64,000 bases of DNA from an uncultured Chloroflexia bacterium (GTDB taxonomy: Bacteria; Chloroflexota; Limnocylindria; Limnocylindrales; CSP1-4), in the NCBI GenBank assembly GCA_963721655.1, contig CAVRKH010000006.1, forward strand, positions 151,986-215,985. The letters run 5' to 3'. Positions within the stretch are counted from its first letter, which is position 1; every line of letters starts with the position of its first letter. A model generated the notes under the pieces. It had not been told where the DNA came from and made no database searches. It saw nothing but the letters and a program-made list of their open reading frames with translations. A program made the position numbers and the translations under genes. Below are positions 42,648 through 51,987 of the stretch, in pieces.

Positions 42648-43547
42648 CGGACGCGGGGTCGGCTCGTCTTCGAGCAACCGGGCGACGAGGCCCAGGACCC
42701 GTGCCGCGGCGACCGGGTCGGGCAGCATGGCGTCGGCCGTCGCGCGGACCTCGGGCGGCGTCTCGCGCGCACCGAGGACTGCAAGGACGAGGCCGTCGAG
42801 CCGGCCCGCCTCGCGCGCGGCACGGACGACCGCGAAGGCCTCGGCGTCGGTCCGATCGTCGCCCATCACGAGCACCGCACCGGGCCGCTCGCGTTCGATG
42901 AGGCGCTCGACGGACGTGCCCTTGCCACCGGCCTCGGCCGGGCGGAACTCGATCACCCGGCGACCCTCGAAGGCAGCCAGCCCGTGGTCCCCCACCTCGG
43001 ACTCGACCGCGTCGATCGCTTCGAGCACGGCGGTCCGCGCTCGATCGGGGTCCGGTGCCTGGCGGAAATGGAACGCCACGCTCGGGCCCTTGTCCTCGAC
43101 GAACAGCCAGGTTGGGTCGGCGAGCTGACGGGCCACGGCGCGGCCGAGGGCGGCAGCACCCGGCACGTAGGGGGCCAGGCCGTCGTCGGACGCGACCTCC
43201 AGCCGCTCGGCAGGGGTGCCGCGCGCCAGCGTCCCGGCCTCGATCCCGTGGTTGCCGTGGTATGCGACGCCGCCCACCCGGACGCGGCCGGCGACGTCGA
43301 GCGCGGCGCGCCCGGACAGGACGACGATGCGCAGCCGATCGGGCTGCGCGTCGGCGCGACGTGCGAGGCGGCGGAGAGCGGAACGGGCCCCCGGAACGAG
43401 CCGCGCCGCGGTCGGCTCGAGGACGATCGGCGAGAGCGTGCCGTCGAAGTCGGTCACGATCAGCAGCGGCGTGCGACCGGCCACGAGGTCGCGGACCAGG
43501 GCCTCGACCTCCGGATCCAGGCCGCGGCTCACGCGGCCGCTCGTCAC
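42644..43547 (-). CDS. otsB: trehalose-phosphate phosphatase (HAD family, OtsB-like). As assembled it has no in-frame stop; removing one base (for example in the G4 run at 42655-42658) gives a stop at 42644-42646
   Basis: LLIVTDFDGTLSPIV (HAD motif I), VVLSGRAALDV, GKGTSVERLI and VLVMGDDRTDEAF-like motifs. The GTG start at 43547 overlaps the upstream stop (GTGA). 904 nt equals 3n+1. Confidence 0.75.
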
Positions 43548-43870
43548 GATGGGCCGATGGGGGGCGTGGCGTCCTCGACCCGCCCCTCGCCGCCGACCGG
43601 CGCCTCGGACGGGCTGGCCGCCGGCCCGGACGGTGGCGGGGAGCTCGGCACGGGCGTTGGCGTCGGGGTCGGCGACGGGGGTGCAGTGGGCACGAACGTC
43701 GGCACCGGGGTCGGGGTCGGCACCGGGTCCGGGGCGAAGGCGAGGATTCCCCCCAGGATCACGGCTGCCGTCGCGACGCCGGCCAGCAGGCCGATGACGA
43801 TCGCCACGCGGGGCCACATGAGGGCGGAGCGTACCAGTACGACCGGTGCGCGGCGCCTCGAACGTGCCAC
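43544..43870 (-). CDS. hypothetical single-pass membrane protein with a Pro/Thr-rich extracytoplasmic tail
   Basis: MWPRVAIVIGLLAGVATAAVILGGILAF is followed by PDPVPTPTPVPTFVPTAPPSPTPTPTPVPSSPPPSGP. It is translationally coupled to otsB. High-GC ORF artefact cannot be excluded. Confidence 0.4.
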   Translation of the reverse strand: MARSRRRAPVVLVRSALMWPRVAIVIGLLAGVATAAVILGGILAFAPDPVPTPTPVPTFVPTAPPSPTPTPTPVPSSPPPSGPAASPSEAPVGGEGRVEDATPPIGPS

Positions 43871-43888
43871 TGCTACGATGCGCGCCCA

Positions 43889-44603
43889 ATGGAACCGCGC
43901 CGCGATCGAGTGCAGGACCGGATCCTCCCGGCCGTCCTGACGGCGCTGGGAGTGACCTTCCTTGCCGCCGGCCTCCTGACCTGGACGGTGCCGGTCGAGG
44001 CCGGTCCGCCACCGTCACCACCCGACGACGGGGCCGTCGCGAGCGACCTGCCGCCGTCCGACGAGCCGTCGGTCACGCTCCCGCCGCTCGGAACCGCCGC
44101 GCCGGAGTCGCAGGCGCCCGTCGGGCCGCTGACCGTGGAGCCGAACGAGGACCGCGTGGCCACCCGCGTCCGGATCGCCGCCCTCGACATCGATCTGCCG
44201 GTCGTCAAGGGCAACAACGAGTACCCGCTGTGCAACGTGGCGATGTACATCGAGCGGCTCAGCCAGCCGGGCAACGGCGGGGCGACGTACCTCTACGCCC
44301 ACGCCCGGCCCGGCATGTTCGAGCCGCTCCTGCGCACGCGCGCGAGCAAGCAGCTCGGGATGATCGCCGAGGTCTGGACGAACGACGACCTCAAGTTCCT
44401 GTACGAGATCATCGAGGTGCGCCGCCATCAGACGAACCTCGACGAGCCCGGCCAAGGTGAAGCGCGACGAGCTCTGGCTGCAGACCTCCGAGGGTCCGCG
44501 CGGCACGGTCGGCAAGACGCAGGTCCGCGCGCGGTTGTTGTCCGTCGAGCGGGCCGTCCACGCGCAGGCGAACCCGACGCCGAAGCCGGTGAACTGCGAG
44601 TAG
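43889..44603 (+). CDS. sortase-fold protein with an N-terminal TM anchor and Ser at the catalytic Cys position; frame broken by one extra base near 44450
   Basis: TM segment ILPAVLTALGVTFLAAGLL. Sortase-like RIAALDIDLPVVKGN...PGNGGATYLYAHARPGMFEPLL...GMIAEVWTNDDLKFLYEIIEV. In the +1 frame, ELWLQTSEGPRGTVGKTQVRARLL (TLxTC-like position reads QTS; an Arg follows 13 residues later). 715 nt equals 3n+1. Confidence 0.6.
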
Positions 44604-44612
44604 TTCGCCCGG

Positions 44613-45622
44613 CTAGATCCAGCCGATCCGGCGCAGGAAGGCTGCCGCCCCGACCGCGATGGCGATCGTGATGAGCGTGACGAGCCAGAACCCCGTGGCC
44701 TCGGTGCCCGGTGATCGCGTTGCCCGCCTCGCTCATGCCGAAGATCCCGGCCACGGCGGCGATCCCGGCGAGGATGACGGTGACCCCGGTCAGCCGCTTC
44801 ATGATCACCGACAGGTTGTTGTTCACCTCGGACAGGTAGACCTCGAGCGTCGCCGAGAGCAGCTCGCGATAGCTGTCGATCTCGTCCGCCAGCCGGATCA
44901 GGTGGTCGTACACGTCGCGGAACCAGACCAGCTCGTTGTCGTCGATCAGCTCGGAGTCGCGGTTCGTGAGCTGGTTGAAGACCTCGCGCACCGGCGCGAT
45001 GTAGCGGCGGACCTCGTGGAGCTCGCGCTTGAGGCGGAACACCCGCTCGAGTGCCGTGGGACCGGGCGCCCGGATGACGTCGTCCTGCACCGCGTCGACG
45101 GCGTCGCCGAGGCGGTCGGCCAGCGGGAAATAGCTGTCGACGAGGTCATCGCATAGCGCCCACAGCAGGTGGTCCGGGCCGCGGGCGAGCAGCGGTTCGA
45201 CACCGCCCCGCAGGTGATGCGCCGTGCGCGGGTCCCAGGCTCGATCGTGGACCGACAGCAGGAACCCGGGCCCGAGGACAAAGTCGATCTCGACCGACAC
45301 CAGTCCTTCGTCCCCGTAGTCGAGGTGGAACAGGACGAGGTGGATCAGCCCGGCCGTCACCTCGACCTTCGGTCGCTGGTTGCCCTCGAGCACATCCTCG
45401 ACGATCAGCTCGTGGAGCCCCAGGGTCGCCCCGACCCGTTCCACCTGCCGTGGCGACGGCGATGCGAGATCCACCCACACGGCCGCGCCCTCGGCGCGGA
45501 CCAGCGCCGGCAGGCCTTCGAGCGCCGTCGTCGCCCGACCGCTCCTGGACCGCTCCGTCTGCGTACCACGTCACGAGGAGGACGCCTGCGTCCGGCGTCG
45601 CTGCGGGTCGGCGGCGGGTCAT
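44613..45622 (-). CDS. corA: CorA-family magnesium/cobalt transporter; two single-base frame breaks (about 45526 and 44707-44709)
   Basis: VWVDLASPSPRQVERVGATLGLHELIVEDV and SVIMKRLTGVTVILAGIAAVAGIFGMS. The last TM plus FLRRIGWI are recovered in the +1 frame, and the N-terminal 33 aa (MTRRRPAATPDAGVLLVTWYADG...) lie in another frame. 1010 nt equals 3n+2. Confidence 0.8.
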
Positions 45623-45683
45623 CGGCTCGCCGTGGCCGCGCCCCAACGGAGCGGTCCCGTTCGCGGGTGGTTCCTCCGAACGC

Positions 45684-47381
45684 TCAGAGGACGACGGTTG
45701 GCTCGCCACGTTCGATCCCCTCGCGTGTGCTGCCCGGCGGACTGCCAGCGGCGGCTTCCCCGGATGGCGGCGCAGCCGCGGCTTCGTCGGTCTCGAGGCG
45801 CCGTCGACGGCTGCCGAGCGCGAGACCGGGCGGGATCGCCGCGATGGTGACCCCGGCCGCGACCACGAACAGCCCGACCATGATCCCGGCCGCCTCGCGC
45901 GATGCCCAGTCCTCGAGTGCCTCCACGACGAACGGGTCGCGCAGCGGCCGGTCGCGGAGGTCCTCGGGGATGATCGCCAGGTACGACTCCGGCGTCGCGT
46001 ACAGCTGGTCGTACAACCGGTCGATCGTCGTCGACCCGTATGCCGTCAGGATGGCGAGACCGATCGCCATGCCGATCATGCGTGACACCGTGACGACGGC
46101 CGAGGCGATCCCGAACGAGCCACGGCCGGCCGACTCCACGGCCGCCGTGGAGCGTGGCGTGACGGTCAGCCCGAAGCCGAAGCCGAAGACCCCCAGCGCC
46201 AGGGCCACCTGCTCGATGGTGATCGATGCGGTCCACGTCGACATCACCAGCAGCGCCCCGGCGCTCGCGACGAGGCCGACGAGCGTCACGAGCCGCAACG
46301 ACAGGAGACGCACGGCGAAACCCGACACGAGTGCCCCCACGGCCGTCAATCCGGCGAGCGCCCCGAGCGCGAGCCGCTGGTCGTCGGGGCCGCCGTACAG
46401 CACGCGGTCGACGAACACGGCGCCACCGATGATCGCGGTCGCGAACGCGTAGCCGGTCAGCAGCGAGACCAGGGCCGCGGAGCTGAACGACACGCTCCGG
46501 AAGAGGCGCACTTCGAGGAACGGCGTCTCCTGGCGGAGGTCGCGCAGGATCGTGAGGACCGTGGCGATCGCCGCGACCGCGAACAGGACGGCGCTGACGA
46601 CCGCCGGGTCGACGCCGAGCCCGGCGATATCGCTGCTCCCCAGGAGCGTCAGCCCGATCAGCCCGCTCGCGAGGGCAACGGTGAACAGCGAGGCGCCGAC
46701 GACGTCCACGCGGCCGGCGCGGCGCGGCGTCTCCCAGCCGGCCGATGCAGCCCAGGCCAGTGCGATCGCCACGATCCCGATCGGCACGTTCACGTAGAAG
46801 ATCCAGCGCCAGGCCGGCGCGAGGACGGCGGCCAGCGTGGTCCCTTCCAGTCCGAGCCGCTCGACGGTGCCTTCGACGTGGACCCCGCCCAGGATCGCCG
46901 CCCCGACGAACGGCCCGGCGGCCATCCCCAGGAACGTCAGGGCACCGATGACGCCGAGCGCGCGCGGTCGCTCGTGGCCCTCGAAGAGATGCGACGCGGC
47001 GGCCGTGGCGACCGGCACGAGCACCCCGCCGCCGACGCCCTGCACGAAGCGCGCCGCGATGAGCTGGTCGAGGTTCTGCGACGCCCCGGCCAGCGCCGAA
47101 CCCACGACGAATACCGTGAGCGCGCCCATGAACAGGCGCCGCGCACCCCACAGGTCGGCGAGCCGGCCGGCCAGGGGCATCGTCACCACGTACGCCAGCA
47201 GGTAGGCGTTGATGATCCAGCTCGCCTTGCGGAGCTCGATCCAGACTGACCCACCGGTCGGATCGACCAGGTCCACGAGGATCGACGGGAGCGCGACGGC
47301 CGTGACGATCAGCTCGAGGCCGGCCAGGAACACGCCGATCCCGAAGACGACGAGGAGCACCAGCGCCGAACGGCGATCCAT
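45684..47381 (-). CDS. MFS transporter, DHA2 (14-TM, EmrB/QacA-like) family
   Basis: LPSIL, PLAGRLADLWGARRLF, FVQGVGGG, WRWIFYVNVPIG. 565 aa with about 14 hydrophobic segments. Confidence 0.85.
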   Translation of the reverse strand: MDRRSALVLLVVFGIGVFLAGLELIVTAVALPSILVDLVDPTGGSVWIELRKASWIINAYLLAYVVTMPLAGRLADLWGARRLFMGALTVFVVGSALAGASQNLDQLIAARFVQGVGGGVLVPVATAAASHLFEGHERPRALGVIGALTFLGMAAGPFVGAAILGGVHVEGTVERLGLEGTTLAAVLAPAWRWIFYVNVPIGIVAIALAWAASAGWETPRRAGRVDVVGASLFTVALASGLIGLTLLGSSDIAGLGVDPAVVSAVLFAVAAIATVLTILRDLRQETPFLEVRLFRSVSFSSAALVSLLTGYAFATAIIGGAVFVDRVLYGGPDDQRLALGALAGLTAVGALVSGFAVRLLSLRLVTLVGLVASAGALLVMSTWTASITIEQVALALGVFGFGFGLTVTPRSTAAVESAGRGSFGIASAVVTVSRMIGMAIGLAILTAYGSTTIDRLYDQLYATPESYLAIIPEDLRDRPLRDPFVVEALEDWASREAAGIMVGLFVVAAGVTIAAIPPGLALGSRRRRLETDEAAAAPPSGEAAAGSPPGSTREGIERGEPTVVL

Positions 47382-47421
47382 CGCGCCAGTCTACCGGCGG
47401 GGCGGCGCTAGGCTTGGCGCC

Positions 47422-48075
47422 ATGGCGATCCCTGGCCCAGCCGCGAGACGGGCATTCGTTCGGCGGCACACCCGGTTGCAGGACGTGCCGGAGGTGCCCG
47501 GCCTGCGCCTCCACCTCGGCGACGATGTCACCGCGGTCTGGGGGCGCAGCGGCGAGTTTCTCGATCAGGCGGACCCGCCGCTGCCGTTCTGGGCATTCGC
47601 CTGGTCGGGTGGCCTGGCAGTGGCGCGCTACCTGCTCGATCATCCCGACGAGGTCGCCGGGCGGCGGGTCCTGGACGTCGCCTCGGGTTCCGGCCTGTGC
47701 GCCATCGTCGCCGCCCGGCTCGGCGCGGCGTCCGTCCACGCCGTCGACGTGGACCCTCTCTCGGCGGCGGCCGTCGATCTGAACGCGCGGGCGAACCACG
47801 TGCGGATCGCGTTCAGCGGCCGCGATCCCCTCGACGACCCGCCACCTGCGGACCAGGTCCTGCTCGCCGGGGACGTGTCGTACGAGGAGCCGATGGCGGT
47901 CCGGATGGCGGTCTGGCTCCATGCGGCTGCCGATCACGGCACACGCGTGCTTCTCGGAGACCCGGGCCGCGCCTACCTGCCGCCCGGCCTCGAACGACTG
48001 GCCACGTACCGCGTCCGCACGAGCCGGGAGATCGAGGAGTCCGAAACGACTGAAGCGGCGGTCTACACGATCTGA
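47422..48075 (+). CDS. class I SAM-dependent methyltransferase (protein N-methyltransferase-like)
   Basis: FWAFAWSGGLAVARYLLDHPDEVAGRRVLDVASGSGLCAIVAARLGAASVHAVDVD is SAM motif I with the post-I acidic residue. Confidence 0.7.
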   Translation: MAIPGPAARRAFVRRHTRLQDVPEVPGLRLHLGDDVTAVWGRSGEFLDQADPPLPFWAFAWSGGLAVARYLLDHPDEVAGRRVLDVASGSGLCAIVAARLGAASVHAVDVDPLSAAAVDLNARANHVRIAFSGRDPLDDPPPADQVLLAGDVSYEEPMAVRMAVWLHAAADHGTRVLLGDPGRAYLPPGLERLATYRVRTSREIEESETTEAAVYTI

Positions 48076-48087
48076 AGGGCCGAAGTC

Positions 48088-48456
48088 CTACTCCGCGGCC
48101 GCCTTGTGGCTCAGGACGCAGGTCCAGCGCTCGTCGCGCCGGACGAAGACCTCGCTGATCCACTCGTCGGCGGTGTACGACACGCCATCGAACGTACCGC
48201 TGCTCGCCTTCCGCGCGGTCAGGATCGCCATGTCGCCATGCATGGCGACGCGCGGCGGCCCGACGGTCTCCATCGCGTGATGCACAAGACGGCCGATCGC
48301 GATCCACCCGATGAGCTCGGCTTTCGGGGTGATGCCGCTCGGGCTCACGAACACCCACTCGTCAGCCATGAACGACGCCACGGCGCCGGCGTCGTTGGCG
48401 ACCAGGGCAGCGTCCCACGCGGCGGACACGGCCAGGATCTCGGTCTCGGTCGGCAT
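48088..48456 (-). CDS. SnoaL-like / DUF4440 (NTF2-fold) protein
   Basis: ILAVSAAWDAALVANDAGAVASFMADEWVFVSPSG...DGVSYTADEWISEVFVRRDERWTCVLSH. I trimmed the start to the ATG at 48456. Confidence 0.65.
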   Translation of the reverse strand: MPTETEILAVSAAWDAALVANDAGAVASFMADEWVFVSPSGITPKAELIGWIAIGRLVHHAMETVGPPRVAMHGDMAILTARKASSGTFDGVSYTADEWISEVFVRRDERWTCVLSHKAAAE

Positions 48457-48659
48457 GGCGTCCAGCGTACGCGGAGCGTTCCTGCCACTTACGCGTGGAG
48501 CGCGTACAAGGCGCGAACAGCGTCGCCGAACTGCTCCTGGTAAGCCCATGGCGGCTAATTCGCTGGGTTCGGGAGGACCAAATGCCGCCTAACACGCATC
48601 CCGTGCGTAAATGGCGGAGACGTGTGGAGACGAGGGGCTGCGTCAGCGACCTCGGGGTC

Positions 48660-48709
48660 TTGACAGGCCCGTCGCATCAACGTAGATTGATATAAACCGT
48701 CGTTGATGC
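48660..48709 (+). promoter_or_regulatory. sigma70-like promoter (TTGACA-17-TAGATT) embedded in a perfect 9-bp inverted repeat; candidate ArsR operator
   Basis: TTGACA at 48660-48665 and TAGATT at 48683-48688. GCATCAACG at 48674-48682 is the exact reverse complement of CGTTGATGC at 48701-48709. A third half-site-like TTGAT lies at 48687-48691. The region is locally AT-rich. Confidence 0.5.
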
Positions 48710-48719
48710 ATCAGCGACA

Positions 48720-49103
48720 TTGCCCCGAATGGAGGGCCCACTGTCCCCCTCACCTGCCCGCGTCCGCAGCACCGTCGCGTCGATCGTCGACCAGCCCGAG
48801 GAGCTGCGCGCCCTGCGGGCCTTCCACAAGACCCTCGCTGACGTGAACCGGCTGCGGATCGTTCAGCGGCTCGCCCGCGCCGAGGCGTCGGTCACCGAGC
48901 TCATCGACCACGTCGGCCTGTCGCAGCCGCTCGTCTCGTGGCACGTCGGCCGCCTCCGCGCCGCCGGCCTCGTCGAGACCCGGCGGGTCGGCCGCGAGAC
49001 GATCTGCCGGCTCCTGCCGGCCGCCTTCGAGGCGTTCCTCGACCGCGAGCGAGAGATCCTCGGCCTGGCCCACAGCGGCACGGCCCGGAGCGCCGCATCG
49101 TGA
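48720..49103 (+). CDS. ArsR/SmtB-family transcriptional regulator
   Basis: [59 protein letters not shown] is a winged HTH. The start is either TTG 48720 or ATG 48729. Confidence 0.8.
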   Translation: MPRMEGPLSPSPARVRSTVASIVDQPEELRALRAFHKTLADVNRLRIVQRLARAEASVTELIDHVGLSQPLVSWHVGRLRAAGLVETRRVGRETICRLLPAAFEAFLDREREILGLAHSGTARSAAS

Positions 49104-49732
49104 GCGTGGTCACGCCGAGCCTGCGCGACCGCGTGCGCGGCATTGCCACGCCGGTCGCTCTCGCCATGGGTCGCGTCGGCCTCACCCCGAACGCCCTGAC
49201 CCTGATCGGGTTCGCCGGCACGTGTGCGGCAGCGATCCTCGCCGCCGTCCAGGCGTGGCTCCCCGCCGGGATCCTCGTGCTCGTGTTCGGCGCCTTCGAC
49301 ATGTTCGACGGCACCCTCGCGCGGGCAACCGGCAGGGCCTCGAAGCTGGGCGCGTTCCTGGACTCCGTCTTCGACCGCTGGGGCGAAGGGATCGTCTACG
49401 TCGGCATCGTCGCGGGCTGCGTCGCCGCCGACTACCAGGAGGGCGCGATCCTGGCCGCCGCCGCCATGACCTCGGCGTTCATGGTCAGCTATGCGCGCGC
49501 CAAGTCGGAGGGCCTCGGCTTCACCGAGGGCACCGGTATGGCCGCGGTCGGCCTGGCGCCACGCGAGATCCGGCTCGTCATCCTCACGATCGGGCTGCTG
49601 TGGACCGGCCTCGCCGGAGGCCTCGGGCCGCTCGCGGCGAGCCTCGGACTCATCACGATCCTCGCCACGATCACCGTCATCCAACGAATCCTTCACGTCG
49701 TGAACCAGAACAGGAAGCAGGAGAACCAGTGA
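49100..49732 (+). CDS. CDP-alcohol phosphatidyltransferase (phosphatidylinositol-phosphate synthase, PgsA1-like)
   Basis: [31 protein letters not shown] matches D(x)2DG(x)2AR(x)8G(x)3D(x)3D. The GTG start overlaps the arsR stop (GTGA). Confidence 0.85.
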   Translation: MSVVTPSLRDRVRGIATPVALAMGRVGLTPNALTLIGFAGTCAAAILAAVQAWLPAGILVLVFGAFDMFDGTLARATGRASKLGAFLDSVFDRWGEGIVYVGIVAGCVAADYQEGAILAAAAMTSAFMVSYARAKSEGLGFTEGTGMAAVGLAPREIRLVILTIGLLWTGLAGGLGPLAASLGLITILATITVIQRILHVVNQNRKQENQ

Positions 49733-50985
49733 GCAAGAACGGGAACGGCACCAACGGCGCGACGCCCAGCAACACGTGGGCCGGTGCAGGCCGCCGCAAG
49801 GACGGCAAGATCCGCGTCGCGATCGTGGGCGTCGGCAACTGCGCGAGCAGCCTCGTCCAGGGACGCTACTACTACGAGGACGCCACGGAGACCGACTTCG
49901 TCCCCGGTCTCATGCACGTGAACCTCGGCGGATACCACGTCCGCGACATCGAGTTCGTGGCGGCGTTCGACGTCGACAAGAACAAGGTCGGCAAGGACCT
50001 GTCCGAGGCGATCTACACGAAGCCGAACAACACGTACGTCTTCCAGAAGGTCCCGAACATCGGCGTGACCGTCGAGCGGGGCATGACCCACGACGGCCTC
50101 GGCAAGTACCTCAGCCAGATCATCGAGAAGGCACCCGGGCCCACCGCCGACGTCGTCGGCATCCTCAAGGAGCGCGAGGTCGACGTCATGGTGTCGTACC
50201 TGCCGGTCGGCTCCGAGGAGGCGACCAAGTGGTACGTCGAGCAGGCCCTCAAGGCAGGCGTGGCGTTCGTCAACGCGATCCCCGTGTTCATCGGCCGCGA
50301 GCCGTACTGGCAGCGCCGCTTCGCGGAGGAAGGTCTGCCGGTCATCGGTGACGACATCAAGAGCCAGGTCGGCGCGACGATCAGCCACCGCGTGCTGACC
50401 CGCCTGTTCATGGACCGCGGCGTCCGCCTCGACCGCACGTACCAGCTGAACTTCGGCGGCAACACCGACTTCCTGAACATGCTCGAGCGCGAGCGCCTCG
50501 AGTCCAAGAAGATCTCGAAGACCAACGCGGTCACCTCGATGCTCGACTACGAGCTCGACGACGACAACGTCCATGTCGGCCCGAGCGACCACGTCCCGTG
50601 GCTGCAGGATCGCAAGTGGTGCTACATCCGCATGGAGGGCACGACCTTCGGCGACGTGCCGCTCAACGCAGAGCTCAAGCTGGAGGTCTGGGACAGCCCG
50701 AACAGCGCCGGCGTCATCACCGACGCCATCCGCTGCGCGAAGCTCGGGCTCGATCGCGGCCTTGCCGGCACGCTGGTCGCGCCGTCGAGCTACTTCATGA
50801 AGAGCCCGCCGCAGCAGATCCACGACGACATCGCGTTCAACCGGGTCGAGGCCTTCATCCGCGGCGAGGACAACGAGGTGCTCGTCGGGACGGAGACCCC
50901 GGCCAAGCGGACCTTCCGCAAGCTCGCGGCCAGCAAGGCGTCCGCCGGGGGGGCAACGACCAAGACGCCGACCGCGGCGAAGTGA
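49729..50985 (+). CDS. ino1: myo-inositol-1-phosphate synthase
   Basis: [57 protein letters not shown] and SKKISKT. The GTG start overlaps the upstream stop. Confidence 0.9.
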   Translation: MSKNGNGTNGATPSNTWAGAGRRKDGKIRVAIVGVGNCASSLVQGRYYYEDATETDFVPGLMHVNLGGYHVRDIEFVAAFDVDKNKVGKDLSEAIYTKPNNTYVFQKVPNIGVTVERGMTHDGLGKYLSQIIEKAPGPTADVVGILKEREVDVMVSYLPVGSEEATKWYVEQALKAGVAFVNAIPVFIGREPYWQRRFAEEGLPVIGDDIKSQVGATISHRVLTRLFMDRGVRLDRTYQLNFGGNTDFLNMLERERLESKKISKTNAVTSMLDYELDDDNVHVGPSDHVPWLQDRKWCYIRMEGTTFGDVPLNAELKLEVWDSPNSAGVITDAIRCAKLGLDRGLAGTLVAPSSYFMKSPPQQIHDDIAFNRVEAFIRGEDNEVLVGTETPAKRTFRKLAASKASAGGATTKTPTAAK

Positions 50986-51987
50986 CGGCGCGCGAGCGGG
51001 AGCTCGAGGCGCCCCACCGGCGTCTCGAGCCCGGACCGCGCATCGTCGAGAAGGCGGCCGTCGTCGGCTACAAGGCGGCCGAGCGCCTGCTCGGCATCCT
51101 GCCTCCGGGACCCAGTCGATTCGTGGCCAGCCGCGTCGCGCAGGCCTCGTACCTGCTCTGGCCGCAGAAGCGACGCTGGTCGAATCGCAACTTCGGGCAC
51201 GTCCTGGGGCTGTCGCCCGACGACCCGCGTGTCCGCCGGCTGGCCCTCCAGGCCTACGCCGAGTACGGCCGCTACCTGGTCGAGCTCGATGCGCCTGCCG
51301 TCCCGCACGGCTGCCGAGGTCGACCAACTTGCGGGCGACATCGACGTCGAGGCCGTCAAGCGGCTGCGCGAGGAGTCGCCCGGTGGGCTGATCCTGGCAG
51401 CGTCGCACATGGGCAGCAACGAAGCGGTCGCGGTGTCGATCGCCGATCACGGCCTGCCAATCAGCGTCGTGGCCGACGACTCCTCGTTCCCCGAGCTGTT
51501 CGAGCACCTTCGCAGGGAGCGCGAGCAATGGAGCGTGACGCTGATCAAGTGGCGCAACCTGCGCGGCATCTTCGATGTGCTGCGCAAGCGCGAGATGCTC
51601 GGGCTCCTCGTCGACTGGGGCTACCGCGCGGACGGGATCCCGGTCCGCCTCTTCGGCGACTGGACCACGCTGCCGGCCGGTCCCGCCACGCTCGCCGCGA
51701 AGACGCGCTCGTGGATCGTCTCCGTCCACATCAAGCGCAGGAGCGACGGCAGGTTCCACCTGTCGTGGAGCGAGCCGATCGTGGTGGCGTCCACCGACCC
51801 GGCCGAGCTCCAGCGCGCCACACAGGCCATGGCCGACGAGCTCACCGCGATCGTCAGCGCGGCGCCGGAGCAGTGGTACAACTTCAAGCCGATGTGGCCG
51901 GCGTCGGCCGCAGAGGCGGCCGACCTCGAGCGGCGGGCCCTGGTCATGCAGGCAGGCCAGCCGGACCCGGGTCCCGGGCGCCGATGA
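50982..51987 (+). CDS. lysophospholipid/lipid A-type (LpxL/HtrB/PatA-like) acyltransferase, copy 1; frame broken by one extra base near 51288
   Basis: [35 protein letters not shown], then in the +1 frame MRLPS...[15 protein letters not shown] (HX4D-like HMGSNE) ...[19 protein letters not shown]...PAGPATLA. 1006 nt equals 3n+1. Confidence 0.75.
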
